Positions 13,240 to 25,334 of a stretch of DNA of 64,000 nucleotides are shown in pieces. A program made the position numbers and the translations under genes. How positions within the stretch are numbered: position 1 is the first letter of the stretch; each line of letters begins with the position of its first letter. The notes below the pieces were generated by a model. That model saw only the letters and a list, made by a program, of their open reading frames with translations. It had not been told where the DNA came from and did no database searches. Source of the stretch: Octopus bimaculoides. Taxonomy: Eukaryota. The DNA is taken from contig NC_068985.1 of assembly GCF_001194135.2 (NCBI RefSeq), positions 115,699,153 to 115,763,152 on the forward strand, given 5' to 3'.

Positions 13240-13444
13240 GAGCGACAGAAGCTAACGTCTATATTTCATGTATTTACGTCGTTGAAAGAGGTTTAATTGA
13301 AGTGGATTATTTTCATACGTAGCACTCAATACAAAATGATGTACAGTTTTGCGTTTTGTTATTTGAATATTTGCAAATTATTGTTCCCAGCATTCTGTAC
13401 GTAAATAGAGACACACACATTATAGATGTGTGTGTGTGTGTGTG

Positions 13445-13479
<35 letters not shown>

Positions 13480-13796
13480 TCATATATAAATATATATACC
13501 TACATGTATATATATATGTATGCATATAAATCTTTGTATGTGTGTATGCATATATATATTGTATAGATAAAATTCCTACATGAATATATATATATATATA
13601 TATATATATACACGCGCGCGCATACACACACACGTGCACTCACATAAGTACATATATACCGACATACGTCCGTGTGGTCTGCCACGTGTGCTATAATTGT
13701 CACACATGCAGTTAAAAGGAAAACTTAATCGATTTTCCAAAAAACTCTTTTTTGGTATGCAGTATATCAATGAACAAATTTGGGGAAATGAAACAA

Positions 13797-13797
<1 letters not shown>

Positions 13798-13832
<35 letters not shown>

Positions 13833-14060
13833 AAGTAGTAGTAGTAAACTCAAACGGCTATTATCACCACTACTAATACTACTACCACTGCGACTACTAT
13901 TACCACTACCAACACTAACACCACTTCTACCTTCTCCATCACCACTTCCACGACTATTATTACTACTAAAGCAACGACTACCAACACCCATACCACTTTT
14001 ACAACCGCCACTACTACAATTAATATTACTACTAATAATAAACTTATCATATTAATAATT
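13798..14060. repeat. (AGT)n tract followed by degenerate (ACT/ACC)n low-complexity sequence
   Basis: Direct reading; source of the Leu- and Val-rich pseudo-ORFs. Confidence 0.9.
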
Positions 14061-14084
14061 GATTTATTAAGAATAATCCTTTCA

Positions 14085-14481
14085 ACTATAGACACAAGAC
14101 CTGAAATTTAGGGGAGGAGGATAGTCGATTACATCGACACCGGTGTTTCACTGGTACATTATCGACCCCAACAGCATGAATGGCAAAGTCGACGTCGGTG
14201 GAATTTGAGCTCATGACGAAGTATTTCGTCCACTGTGCTAACGATTCAGCCAGCTCGCCGCCTTAATACTTTCCACTATAGACACAAGTCCTGAAATTTA
14301 TAGAGGCAGAAAATCGATTACATCGACCCCAGTGCCTAACTGGTACTTATTTTATCGACCTCGAAAGGATAAGAGACAAAATAGACCTGGGCGAAATTTG
14401 AACTCACAACGTAAAGACAAACGAAATATCCCTAAGCATTTCGTCCAGCGTGCTAACAATTCTGCCAACTCCCGGCCTTAC

Positions 14482-14555
<74 letters not shown>

Positions 14556-14745
14556 CCTTTCTGTTATTGGCACAAGGCCTGGGTTTTGTGGGGAGAGGGA
14601 CGGTCGATGACATCGACCCCAGTACTCAACTGGTACCTACTTTATCGACCCCGAAAGGATGAAAGGCAAAGTCGACTTCGGCGGAATTTGAACTCAGAAC
14701 GTTGTGGAACAGGAAATATCGCTTAGCATTTCGCCCGGTGTGCTG
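14085..14745 (-). mobile_element. Three head-to-tail SINE family B copies with an (AAT)n tail tract at 14483-14554
   Basis: Each copy has cacaag.cctgaaattt..atcgattacatcgaccc..gtac..atcgacc..ggcaaagtcgac..gaatttgaactca. The tRNA-like head shows A box TGGCAGAATCG and B box GAGTTCAAATTCC on the minus strand. Confidence 0.9.
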
Positions 14746-14825
14746 CCGGTTCTGATCGCGATAAAACGATGGCAGGGAAAGCCTCTTCATGGCAAATATT
14801 GGGTTAAGCTAAATAGAAAAAGAAA

Positions 14826-14985
14826 TAGTGGCTGTGTAGTAAGTAGCTTGCTTACGAACCACACGGTTCCGGGTTCAGTCCCACTGCGTGGCACCTTGTG
14901 CAAGTGTCTACTACTATAGCCTCGGACTGACCAAAGCCTTGTGAGTGGACTTGGTAGACGGAAACTGAAAGAAGCCCGCCGTATA

Positions 14986-15070
<85 letters not shown>

Positions 15071-15299
15071 GTATGTGTATATGTTTGTGTGTCTGCGTTT
15101 GTCCCCCACCCCAACATCGCTTGAAAACCGATGCTGGTGTGTTTACGTCCCCGTAACTTAGCGGTTCGTAAAAGAGACCGATAGAATAAGTACTAGGCTC
15201 ACAAAGAACAAGTCCTGTGGTCGATTTACTTGACTAAAGGCGGTGCTCCAGCCTGGCCACATTGAAATGACTGAAACAAATAAAAAAGTGTAAAGAGTA
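14826..15299 (+). mobile_element. SINE family A, near full length, long internal (TA)n
   Basis: gtggctgtgtagtaag head, gggttcagtccc B box, body, ggcggtgctccagc tail and (aaagagt)-type end. Confidence 0.95.
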
Positions 15300-16455
15300 C
15301 ACAAAGCAAAATCCCAGCAATGGCTGAGAAGCTCAGGACTTAAAGCAGAAACTGTTCGATTCTTAATTGCAGCACAAGGCCAAAGCCGTCTCACCAGAAA
15401 ATCACCAAAAAACATGTAATAAAAATTAATACAACAACTAACTACAGAATATGTGGTGATGGAGAAAAAAACAATAAATCCTAATATCTCTGGCTACCCA
15501 GTCTTAGCTAAGAAGTAACATATTCACAGACAAGACAGCGTTGAGACCTATATACACTGGAAGCAGTGCCAATACTATAATAGAATAACAATAGAAAAAA
15601 AGTTATAGGCACACCCCAGAAAAAGGTCACACAAATGGGAAAGCAATCATACTATGGGATATGTTAATACAAACAGATAGAGAAATTAAGGCCAACAGAC
15701 CGAATATAGTTGTCAGAGATCACCAAGAGAATAAATGCTTTCTTATTAACGTGTCGATACCAACAGATGACAATGTTTCTGTAAAAGAAACGGAGAAACA
15801 GAGAAACTTTCAAAATACCTTCTGTTGTGTCTGGGGAGAGTCATTCTCTTTTTGTCTCTTATAAGTTAACACACGCACCGGTAAAATTTCCACTTATTTA
15901 TTTCTTGTTTTTCTGAAATTTTCGTTGCGTCTTGCAACCTTTTCAATAGTTTTGACTCTTTTAAAACTATTGAAAATGTTGCAAGACGCAACGAAAATTT
16001 TAGAAAAATAAGTAAGAAATAAGTGGAAATTTAATCGGTGAGTGTGTTAACTTAAAAGACACAAAAAGAGAATGAATCTCCCCAGACACAACAGAATATG
16101 CTTCACATAAAGAATCTTGCAAATCAAATCCAAAAACGAAATTTCAAAATACAGAGATCTGGAAATAGAGGTAACTCGAATGTGGAGCCTAAAAACAGAA
16201 GCAATTCTTATCATAGTAGGCGCATTAGACAGGATGAAAAAAAACATTCAGACAAATACATGACAAAAACAATCGGACTAACAAGTATATATATAACATA
16301 GAAAATATCACTACTAGGCACCGCGCACATCCTACTTAAAACACTTTCAATACAGGGAAAATAAGAGCACCGCAACAAACCACAGCACACACTCGAGGTA
16401 CAGCAAGCTGCGCTTGGTAGTGAAGTGAAATCACGTGATAAAAATAGACTACTGA
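15300..16455 (+). mobile_element. R4/Dong-like non-LTR retrotransposon, 3' part (CCHC knuckle plus restriction-like endonuclease), interrupted at 15819-16141
   Basis: Translates to QQWLRSSGLKAET..FLIAAQ.QS..RICGDG..TIN..ISG.PVLAKK..IHR.D..YIHWK..HTPEK..ILWDM.IQTDREIKANRPNIVV..LINVSIPTDDNVS.KE..SKYRDLEIEVTRMW..GAL..KI.LLGTAHIL.KTLSIQ. The RPD..D..K..KY RLE signature is present but degenerate. Ends in (AAT)n. Confidence 0.88.
15819..16141. mobile_element. Palindromic insertion (arms about 134 bp, 15820-15953 / 15963-16096), probably a Penelope-like inverted terminal repeat
   Basis: Imperfect inverted repeat flanked by the 11-bp direct repeat tttcaaaatac (15808-15818, 16142-16152), which duplicates host LINE sequence. 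Confidence 0.75.
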
Positions 16456-16493
16456 ATAATAATAATAATAATAACAACAACAACAACAACAAC

Positions 16494-16527
<34 letters not shown>

Positions 16528-16541
16528 TTAATAATAATAAT
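16456..16541. repeat. (AAT)n/(AAC)n tract at the LINE 3' end
   Basis: Direct reading. Confidence 0.95.
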
Positions 16542-17291
16542 CTTAATTGAGAAAGAAAGCTGGATCATAGATATNNNNNNNNNNNNNNNNNNNNNNNNNN
16601 NNNNNNNNNNNNNNNNNNNNNNNNNNNNNNNNNNNNNNNNNNNNNNNNNNNNNNNNNNNNNNNNNNNNNNNNNNNNNNNNNNNNNNNNNNNNNNNNNNNN
16701 NNNNNNNNNNNNNNNNNNNNNNNNNNNNNNNNNNNNNNNNNNNNNNNNNNNNNNNNNNNNNNNNNNNNNNNNNNNNNNNNNNNNNNNNNNNNNNNNNNNN
16801 NNNNNNNNNNNNNNNNNNNNNNNNNNNNNNNNNNNNNNNNNNNNNNNNNNNNNNNNNNNNNNNNNNNNNNNNNNNNNNNNNNNNNNNNNNNNNNNNNNNN
16901 NNNNNNNNNNNNNNNNNNNNNNNNNNNNNNNNNNNNNNNNNNNNNNNNNNNNNNNNNNNNNNNNNNNNNNNNNNNNNNNNNNNNNNNNNNNNNNNNNNNN
17001 NNNNNNNNNNNNNNNNNNNNNNNNNNNNNNNNNNNNNNNNNNNNNNNNNNNNNNNNNNNNNNNNNNNNNNNNNNNNNNNNNNNNNNNNNNNNNNNNNNNN
17101 NNNNNNNNNNNNNNNNNNNNNNNNNNNNNNNNNNNNNNNNNNNNNNNNNNNNNNNNNNNNNNNNNNNNNNNNNNNNNNNNNNNNNNNNNNNNNNNNNNNN
17201 NNNNNNNNNNNNNNNNNNNNNNNNNNNNNNNNNNNNNNNNNNNNNNNNNNNNNNNNNNNNNNNNNNNNNNNNNNNNNNNNNNNNNNNNNNN

Positions 17292-17711
17292 AGATCATGA
17301 AGAAAATAATGCTTTCTAACTGATGTATCAATACCAGCAGATGACAACGCTTCCCTAAAAGAAATGGAAAAGCTTTCAAAATACAAAGATATGAACATAG
17401 AGTTAACTCGAATGTGGAATCTAACAACAAAAATAATTCCTATCATAGTAGGTGCCTTACGTATAATAAAAAAATATTCAGACAAATACATAACAAAAAC
17501 GTCATGACTTACAAATATATATAACATATAGAAAATTGCACTACCGGGCACTGCACACATCCTACGCAAAACACTTTCAATACAGTAACCATAAGAGCAT
17601 CACACCAAACCACATCACATACTCAAGGCACACAGAGCTGCGCTCGGTAGTGAAGTGAAAGCACCTTATAAAAATAAAACTAATGAACAATAATAATAAT
17701 AATAATAATAA
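17292..17711 (+). mobile_element. Second R4/Dong-like 3' end, same orientation, with (AAT)n tail
   Basis: DHEENKCFLTDVSIPADDNASLKEMEKLSKYKDMNIELTRMWNL..IVGAL..QKIALPGTAHILRKTLSIQ*; 3' UTR closely similar to the 16.4 kb copy. Confidence 0.9.
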
Positions 17712-19207
17712 TGGGAAGAAGAAAATTAGCAAAGGACAGAGGGAGGATATAACAATAACACTACAACGATAGCATAGGATGCCACAGCAGCAGTAATTTC
17801 AAAAACGCTTGCAGAAGAGATAGAAGGTTTGTGAGAAAACTATCAGGCACAACGTCCATGTATGATCGACATCAAATGTGTTCTGTATCAGAGAACCCTA
17901 TAGGATTAGATTGCCCAAACCAAACTGTAAAACTTTATGGTTGTTACTGGCAGATGTTCCAGAGTCACTGTCAATGGAGTCGGGCTGACCGAGCCGAGAA
18001 ACACCAGCAATGAAATCAACCAGGCAATAACAGGAATGTGATATATAATAAGTGAGTATACATACCTCAGAATCAATGAAGGGGAACAAGTGGAAAAAAG
18101 AATAAAGGTCCCCAAAAAAACGTGTCCGAATGTCAGCCCCACCCATACATTTATATTTATACATACTAACGTAGATNNNNNNNNNNNNNNNNNNNNNNNN
18201 NNNNNNNNNNNNNNNNNNNNNNNNNNNNNNNNNNNNNNNNNNNNNNNNNNNNNNNNNNNNNNNNNNNNNNNNNNNNNNNNNNNNNNNNNNNNNNNNNNNN
18301 NNNNNNNNNNNNNNNNNNNNNNNNNNNNNNNNNNNNNNNNNNNNNNNNNNNNNNNNNNNNNNNNNNNNNNNNNNNNNNNNNNNNNNNNNNNNNNNNNNNN
18401 NNNNNNNNNNNNNNNNNNNNNNNNNNNNNNNNNNNNNNNNNNNNNNNNNNNNNNNNNNNNNNNNNNNNNNNNNNNNNNNNNNNNNNNNNNNNNNNNNNNN
18501 NNNNNNNNNNNNNNNNNNNNNNNNNNNNNNNNNNNNNNNNNNNNNNNNNNNNNNNNNNNNNNNNNNNNNNNNNNNNNNNNNNNNNNNNNNNNNNNNNNNN
18601 NNNNNNNNNNNNNNNNNNNNNNNNNNNNNNNNNNNNNNNNNNNNNNNNNNNNNNNNNNNNNNNNNNNNNNNNNNNNNNNNNNNNNNNNNNNNNNNNNNNN
18701 NNNNNNNNNNNNNNNNNNNNNNNNNNNNNNNNNNNNNNNNNNNNNNNNNNNNNNNNNNNNNNNNNNNNNNNNNNNNNNNNNNNNNNNNNNNNNNNNNNNN
18801 NTATTTGTCTGTGCTTGTGTACACGTTAGTCTATGACGGCGGTCCGAAAATTTAAGCTTCAAATAAAACACAAGACAAAAGCAATAAACTGAGGTAAGAC
18901 TCCCGGCAGAATGATACAACTTCAAGGTGATAAACTGCACGCTGCAATCGATCTCACAACTCGACATCAAACGAGATAGCTATTAAACACATTGAGAACA
19001 CATTATTCAAAAAGTAGAGTAAACCGCACTCATAGCCGCCAGACAGACCAGGGAAATAAATCTTGTGTAACGATACATTATATATATATATATATATAGT
19101 TTCGATAGATGGGCTGGACGTTTACTTCAAGTAGAGTGGTATAGTAATACGGTCTATTAAATGTAGGTGAAACAGCAAAAATGTGAATATTTATGTAAAA
19201 ATGTAAT

Positions 19208-19590
19208 AGGCGAAGGCGTGGCTGTGCGATAAGAAAATTATTTCCCAACCACATGGTTATGGGTTCAGTCTCATTGCGTGGTACCTTGGGAATGTTTCTT
19301 CTCCTATAGCCTCGGGCCGACCAAAGCCTAGTGAATGGATTTGGTATACGGAAACTGAAAGAAGCCCGCCATATATATGTGTTTGTGTGTATGTGTGTAT
19401 GTGTGTGTATGTGTGCGTGTGTATGAGTTTCATCCCCAACACCGTTTTACAACTGGTGGTGGTGTGTTTACGACCCCGTAGCTTTACGGTTCGGCACAAA
19501 AGAGCTTTAGAATAAGTAACAGGCTTAAATAAACAAAAGCGCCTGAGTCGATTCATTCGACTAAACAATTTATTGAAGGCGATGCCCCCA
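19208..19590 (+). mobile_element. SINE family A
   Basis: aggcgaaggcgtggctgtgcg head through the gtcgattcattcgact tail region. Confidence 0.88.
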
Positions 19591-20000
19591 GAGGTCTGAA
19601 ATTTGGGGGTTTAAGTGCCTAATCAATCACAGTTGCCCACAGTGCTCTACTACAAATTATTCTGTTGAATCTGAGTGGACGAAAAGCTAAGTCGACCTCA
19701 GCAGATTTTGAAATCAGAAAGTAAGACCGAAAGAAATGCATCGAATTATTCTTTCCGGCGGGCTAACGATTCTGCCATCTCAACGCCTTAATAGTAATTT
19801 CAAGTTTTGGTACAGGCGCAGAGTTTTAGGAAAAAAGTCGAATACGAGGATTCAAGTAGTTGATTTGTAATTTAAGGATCCCGAAAGGATAAATGGCAAA
19901 ATAGACCTCGGTGGATTTTAAACCCAAGACGTTAAGAGCCAGACGAAATGCCGCCAAGCATTTTGTTTGACTCACTAATGATTTTACCAGGTTTCCGCCT
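19590..20000 (-). mobile_element. Two tandem SINE family B copies, diverged
   Basis: aagtcgacctcagcagattttgaaatcag and ccgaaaggataaatggcaaaatagacctcgg motifs with head remnants. Confidence 0.75.
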
Positions 20001-20565
20001 TAAATATGTATGTAATAAAGATTTCAAATCTTTCAGACGGCCAGGAATTTTTAAGGGACTTACAGAAATTAGCACAGGTTGCTAAGTGGTCATAGGGGAT
20101 AAACATAAACGCAGTTTTCGTCTCCCAAATCCACTGACAAAAATGTAGTCACTCTGTGGATATTGGGGACGGCACTTGCCCACTTGACCGCACAATGGGA
20201 CTGAACCAAAGATAACATGATTCGAACACAAGCCTCTTAAACTGCCACACCTAGAATTTCATATAAAATATTTTACTTACATTAATTCCACGCATTCCTT
20301 TATAATTAAAAATATCGCTTTTCTTAGATATGAAAGTGTCATAGATTGCTTTTAATAGAACTAATGTTAAAGTGATTCCACATCAGTTCATTACGATACA
20401 ACGTAAATGAATTTCTAATTGCATATTTCTGCTGAGTTTAATTATAGAAAAACAACCTTTGGCATATTACTAATCATGGATATAAAAAGTATTTGTTTAT
20501 TTAAATTTTAAAATCAAATTTACTGATTTAACTGTACCTCATTCGTAGCAAGTATAAAGTATTTT

Positions 20566-21020
20566 GGCGCAGGTGTACCTGCAGTTGACAAGGCTGTAGT
20601 TCCCAATCACAAGGTCTTGGGTTCATCGTCTAGGTCAGGGGTTTTCAAACTTTTTGACTTGCGGACACCTTTATAATTCAGCCTTTACCTTAGGGACCCC
20701 CTTATAAACACTTATGAAATTTATACATAAATATTTGCTTAAAATAACATATATTTTTACATTTATTTATTTAACAGTATTTAACAAATAGGTTTATTGT
20801 CAATTAAAAGATTTCGGTTAAAAAACATATAAAATCAAATTGCCCATAAAAAGTATTTGCTGTCCACGGACTCCTTGTCTTGTCCTTGCGGCCCCCCTGT
20901 GGTCCGTGGACTACAGTTTGAAAACCCCTGGTCTAGGTTACTCCTTGAGCAAGTATATTTTACTATAGCCCAAAGTGGGTGAGTAGATTTGGCTGATGGA
21001 AATTGTAAGAAGCCTGTCAT
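20566..21020 (+). mobile_element. SINE family A head, split by a hAT MITE
   Basis: ggcgcaggtgt..ttcccaatcac..gggttca left of the insert; ccttgagcaagt..tactatagccc..ggaaattgtaagaagcctgtc right of it. Confidence 0.7.
20636..20930. mobile_element. hAT (Charlie-like) MITE, 295 bp
   Basis: Perfect 16-bp TIRs caggggttttcaaact / agtttgaaaacccctg and a perfect 8-bp TSD gtctaggt (20628-20635, 20931-20938), close to the NTCTAGAN target preference of Charlie elements. Confidence 0.92.
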
Positions 21021-21153
21021 AATAACCACAACAAAACATGCATAATATACATATATACATATACACACACGCATATATGTGTGTGTATATGTACATATGT
21101 ATAGATATATTAATATGTATATCTTTATACATGTATGTATATATATATGCATG

Positions 21154-21227
<74 letters not shown>

Positions 21228-21478
21228 AATATATATATATATTTAGAGAGATTTATACATACGCACACACACCATGCGTACATACTCGCAGGGACACATT
21301 CACATGCGCGCGCGCACGCACGCACGCACATGGGTAAAGGAATAGATTTACAAAAATATGGAGATGAGAACAGTGCCTCATAAGAAATTTCTAACATGAC
21401 TGTGCGGAGGAGCTAAATGCTCAGACCAAGACCTTCTGTATATTTGCCGAATCTCCACTGTCAGTTGTTTCTAATTAG

Positions 21479-21589
21479 AGAATTTTTCATCTTTGCCTCT
21501 CAATCCCTATACTTCGATCTGGTGTATAAAAGTATATTTTCTACTCGTGTTCATAAGTGCCTTCTGGACCACTGTAATACACATCACTG
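21479..21589 (+). CDS. Candidate 111-nt phase 1-1 exon encoding a hydrophobic helix (NFSSLPLNPYTSIWCIKVYFLLVFISAFWTTVIHIT)
   Basis: ttgtttctaattAG acceptor, CTG|GTAAAT donor, open frame with a signal/TM-like stretch. No homology recognised. Confidence 0.25.
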
Positions 21590-22344
21590 GTAAATCTCAA
21601 ATCAATTCGAATCCGCTGAATACTGACAGCCCTGTGTGTTTTTGACGCTTCTTCCCCCCTCTAGTGTCAAAAATTTCTATTGTATACACACACACGTATA
21701 CACACATTGTAACATATATATCCTCTAAAACAATGTTCATTGTTAAGGTATCGCATTTATAATTCAGTTGCATGAATATTTAATTCAATTATTTTAATAC
21801 AATCCTGTTTGACCATCACTCACACAAACGAAATTTTCGACACACATTTTCAACGGATGAATCCTTGTTAGAGCTTATATACATTTTCGAATTAACGCTT
21901 TGAAATGAATATACATTTTTAATGTGTTTTGTTTGCAATGTAATCGCATGAATTCTTCACTCATTAATTTTAATAGCTCACACTCATTATTTTCCCATTC
22001 AAACACATTTTTCTGCATAAATTTGTAAATTATTGTAGATATTTTTTTTTTCCATTCTCTCTCGTTATCGTGCAGTTCACCTCAACTCGGTCTTTGTTTT
22101 AAGGATTTTTTTTTTAAAGGAGCTCTATCGATCATGGTGTATTGAATTTCCTCACTATCGAAACAAAATGTTCTGTTACAAATATTTTTTTCTTCCTACT
22201 CTATTCAGCATTAATTCCAAAAATCAGAAACGCGAATCCTGCAATTTCCAATACAATAAACTCAAAATCCTTACTTTAAATCGACTACACACCCTTCTAA
22301 TCTTCTGCAGGATATTTTTGACAACGTACACACACACACACACA

Positions 22345-23915
22345 AACACCGAAAGGATGAAGGCCAAAGTCGACTTCAGCGGAATTTGTCCGGAGATCTA
22401 ACGATTCTGACAACCTACCGCCTTATAATGACGGGTTATAACAATCATTTACTAGAGCCGTAGATATTTGCCTGGTGGTATTTAATACTGTTCTTATATT
22501 CCGATTTGAAATGCCACTGATGACATTTTTTGGGTAGGAGGGGTGCAGTTTATAAATTAATAATCAAGTACAGGTCATGATGTACTCAAGTGTTACTACC
22601 TCAAAAATTTGCAACCTTCAACAAATATATACATACATATATCGGTATAGTTAGGAAAGTAGAAAAATCGCTTACAAATGATAGGAATCAGATGGTTGCA
22701 GTCATAAGTGATCTCTCAGTAGAGACATTTCTAGTTGAAGTCGCTAAAAGCTATACTGAGGCCATTGCTGTTTTTTGGTGGCTATATGGGCCATGAGTTC
22801 AGGTAACCACTTACCCTAAACAGACAAATCTTAAGCAATCAAAAATTGATATGATAACCTCAAACTTTCCTACGCGTTTTTGGATACTGAATTGCTCTCT
22901 TGGCTACTAGCCCTTGCACACTGCTAATTTAGGTACCACTACCTTATTAGTGTGAACTCTTATTAAGAAATCTGTTTGGGGGAAATTGTCTGACCAGAAT
23001 GCTAATTTCTTCTGCACCCATTAGCCTCATCAATATCATCAAACTCAGAGAGCAAGATAAGTTCATGGTCACAGCCTCATTATCTCTCCTGCCTAACTTC
23101 ATAAGGATATTAGACGTGCAGCCTATTGTTAAAGAGCCTAATTATAAAATCTTCTTTACATTGCTCATAGTATTTTATATTTACTTGTAAAACATATGTA
23201 TTGTTTGATATTCATTTCATAATGTTTTCATTTCTTTTGTATTCAAGACTTACTGTTTCATATCTTACACAGCTTGAATCGTGTATTTGTTGCGTTTATC
23301 ATGTTAAACATTTTCATATCATCATACGATTATATTTATTACATAATATTCTAAGGTATATCATAACTTAGATTTATGAAATAGTCAATCATTGACTATC
23401 TCATAAATGTATGTGTGTATGTATGTATTTGAAAATACAGAAATGTTATATATGCTCTATATTGAAGAGATAATGTAGTATGTGTCTCTTATAATTCTAT
23501 TCATGTTTAATAGATTTATAGGAATATAAAATCGTACCCCTCTACTTGACAGGTATATATATATTTTGTGATTCCAGAAGAATGGATGCCAAAGTTAATA
23601 TCGATTGGATTTGAACTCACAAGTACAAACGATGTCATTTTCTCGGATGCCCCTAACGATTACGTTCACCACTATTTGTTTGACCGTCAATCGATAGTGC
23701 TAACCACATTTTGGATACTAATAAGCATGATAAGTAATAGTTATTTTTTCTGTAGTCATAAAGCTAGAAATTTTAAGGGGAAGAACGAGTCAATTGCATC
23801 AACCCCAATGCTCAAATGATACTTATTTTATCGACGCCGAAAGGATGAAAGGCTAAGTTAACTTTGACGGAGTTTGTCCAGCGAGCTAAAAATTCTAGCA
23901 GCTTGCAATCTTAAC
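22345..23915 (-). mobile_element. Two SINE family B fragments (about 22345-22425 and 23760-23915)
   Basis: ccgaaaggatgaaggccaaagtcgacttc and gatacttattttatcgacgccgaaaggatgaaagg. Confidence 0.75.
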
Positions 23916-24130
23916 TTGATGAGTAATAATAAATATATGCTATAACTGTTGTAATCTCGCTGGCGTTATTTAAAACTGTCTTTATATTCAAATTTGAAAT
24001 CCTACTGACACCATTTTTGGGCAATTTATAAGATAATAGTTAAGTACAGTTGACGATGTACTAAAATATCACTACTTCAAAAGCACATAGCCTTTATATA
24101 TGTAACCTATGTAAGAAATATACTTTTATT

Positions 24131-24420
24131 CTTTTACTCGTTTCAGTCATTTGACTGCGGCCGTGTTGAAGCACCACCTTAAAGGGTTTTGGTTGAGGAA
24201 ATCAACCCCAGGACTTATTCTATCGGTTGTTTTTACCGAACCGCTATGCTACGCTGATATAAACACACCAGCATCGGTTGTCAAGAGATGGTGTGTATGT
24301 GAGGAGGTGTGACAAATCCACTCAGAAGGCTTTGGTCGGCCTGATGCTATAGTAGAAGACACTTGCCCAAGGTGCCAAGCAGTGGGACTGAATCAGGAAC
24401 CATCTAGTTGGGAAGCAAAT
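24131..24420 (-). mobile_element. SINE family A with internal deletion
   Basis: tttcagtcatttgactgcggcc tail, body, and gaagacacttgcccaaggtgcca..agtgggactgaa head part. Confidence 0.85.
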
Positions 24421-24456
24421 TTATCTATTTATCCGTAGATTGAAAGAACGCCGAAG

Positions 24457-24503
24457 AGCCTTAATCGATTTTCGAACGTTATTGGGTTATTTCATCAGAA
24501 GTG
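24457..24503 (-). ncRNA. Degenerate minimal hammerhead-ribozyme-like motif (PLE type)
   Basis: Minus strand reads cactt CUGAUGA aataacccaataacgttc GAAA AUCGAU UA aggc: both conserved core boxes, a palindromic stem III and a UUA triplet; stems I and II are weak. Confidence 0.4.
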
Positions 24504-24760
24504 TCTGCATCACCCGATCAATTCAATTGAAACAAGCAGCCAATCTGTTTGTACACTAAACAAATCCAATTGCGTCAAAGAACTGGAGCTACTAGTTTGG
24601 GCATTGTAAATGTTTACACTTTATTCAATAACCAGGGCCTGTCAACGGAGCTCTTAGTCCCTACAGTATCAAGGCATGGTATATTAATATATGTAGTAGA
24701 TATATAATCAGGGTGAGTTTACCTATTTTTCCGTAAACTAAAAAAAAACCCCAAAATCTC

Positions 24761-24938
24761 GTAGCTGTGTGATAAGTAGCTTGCTTCCCAACCATATGGT
24801 TCCGAGTTCAGTCCCACCGCGTGGCACCTTGGGCAAGTGTCTTCCACTATAACCTCGACCCCACCAATGCCTTGTGACTGGATTTCATAGACGGAAACTG
24901 AAAGATGCCCGTCGTATATAAATATATATATATATATA
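24761..24938 (+). mobile_element. SINE family A, 5' half, its (TA)n slot runs into a gap
   Basis: gtagctgtgtgataagtagcttgcttcccaacc..gagttcagtccc..ggcaccttgggcaagtgtcttc. Confidence 0.9.
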
Positions 24939-25290
24939 NNNNNNNNNNNNNNNNNNNNNNNNNNNNNNNNNNNNNNNNNNNNNNNNNNNNNNNNNNNNNN
25001 NNNNNNNNNNNNNNNNNNNNNNNNNNNNNNNNNNNNNNNNNNNNNNNNNNNNNNNNNNNNNNNNNNNNNNNNNNNNNNNNNNNNNNNNNNNNNNNNNNNN
25101 NNNNNNNNNNNNNNNNNNNNNNNNNNNNNNNNNNNNNNNNNNNNNNNNNNNNNNNNNNNNNNNNNNNNNNNNNNNNNNNNNNNNNNNNNNNNNNNNNNNN
25201 NNNNNNNNNNNNNNNNNNNNNNNNNNNNNNNNNNNNNNNNNNNNNNNNNNNNNNNNNNNNNNNNNNNNNNNNNNNNNNNNNNNNNNNNNN

Positions 25291-25334
<44 letters not shown>

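Noticed and set aside
14085-14745. Regularly spaced repeats as a CRISPR-like array
   Set aside because: The units are roughly 200-bp SINE copies in eukaryotic DNA; there is no repeat-spacer structure and no cas genes.
22076-22140. Strong polypyrimidine acceptor at 22075
   Set aside because: No convincing donor or informative open frame downstream.
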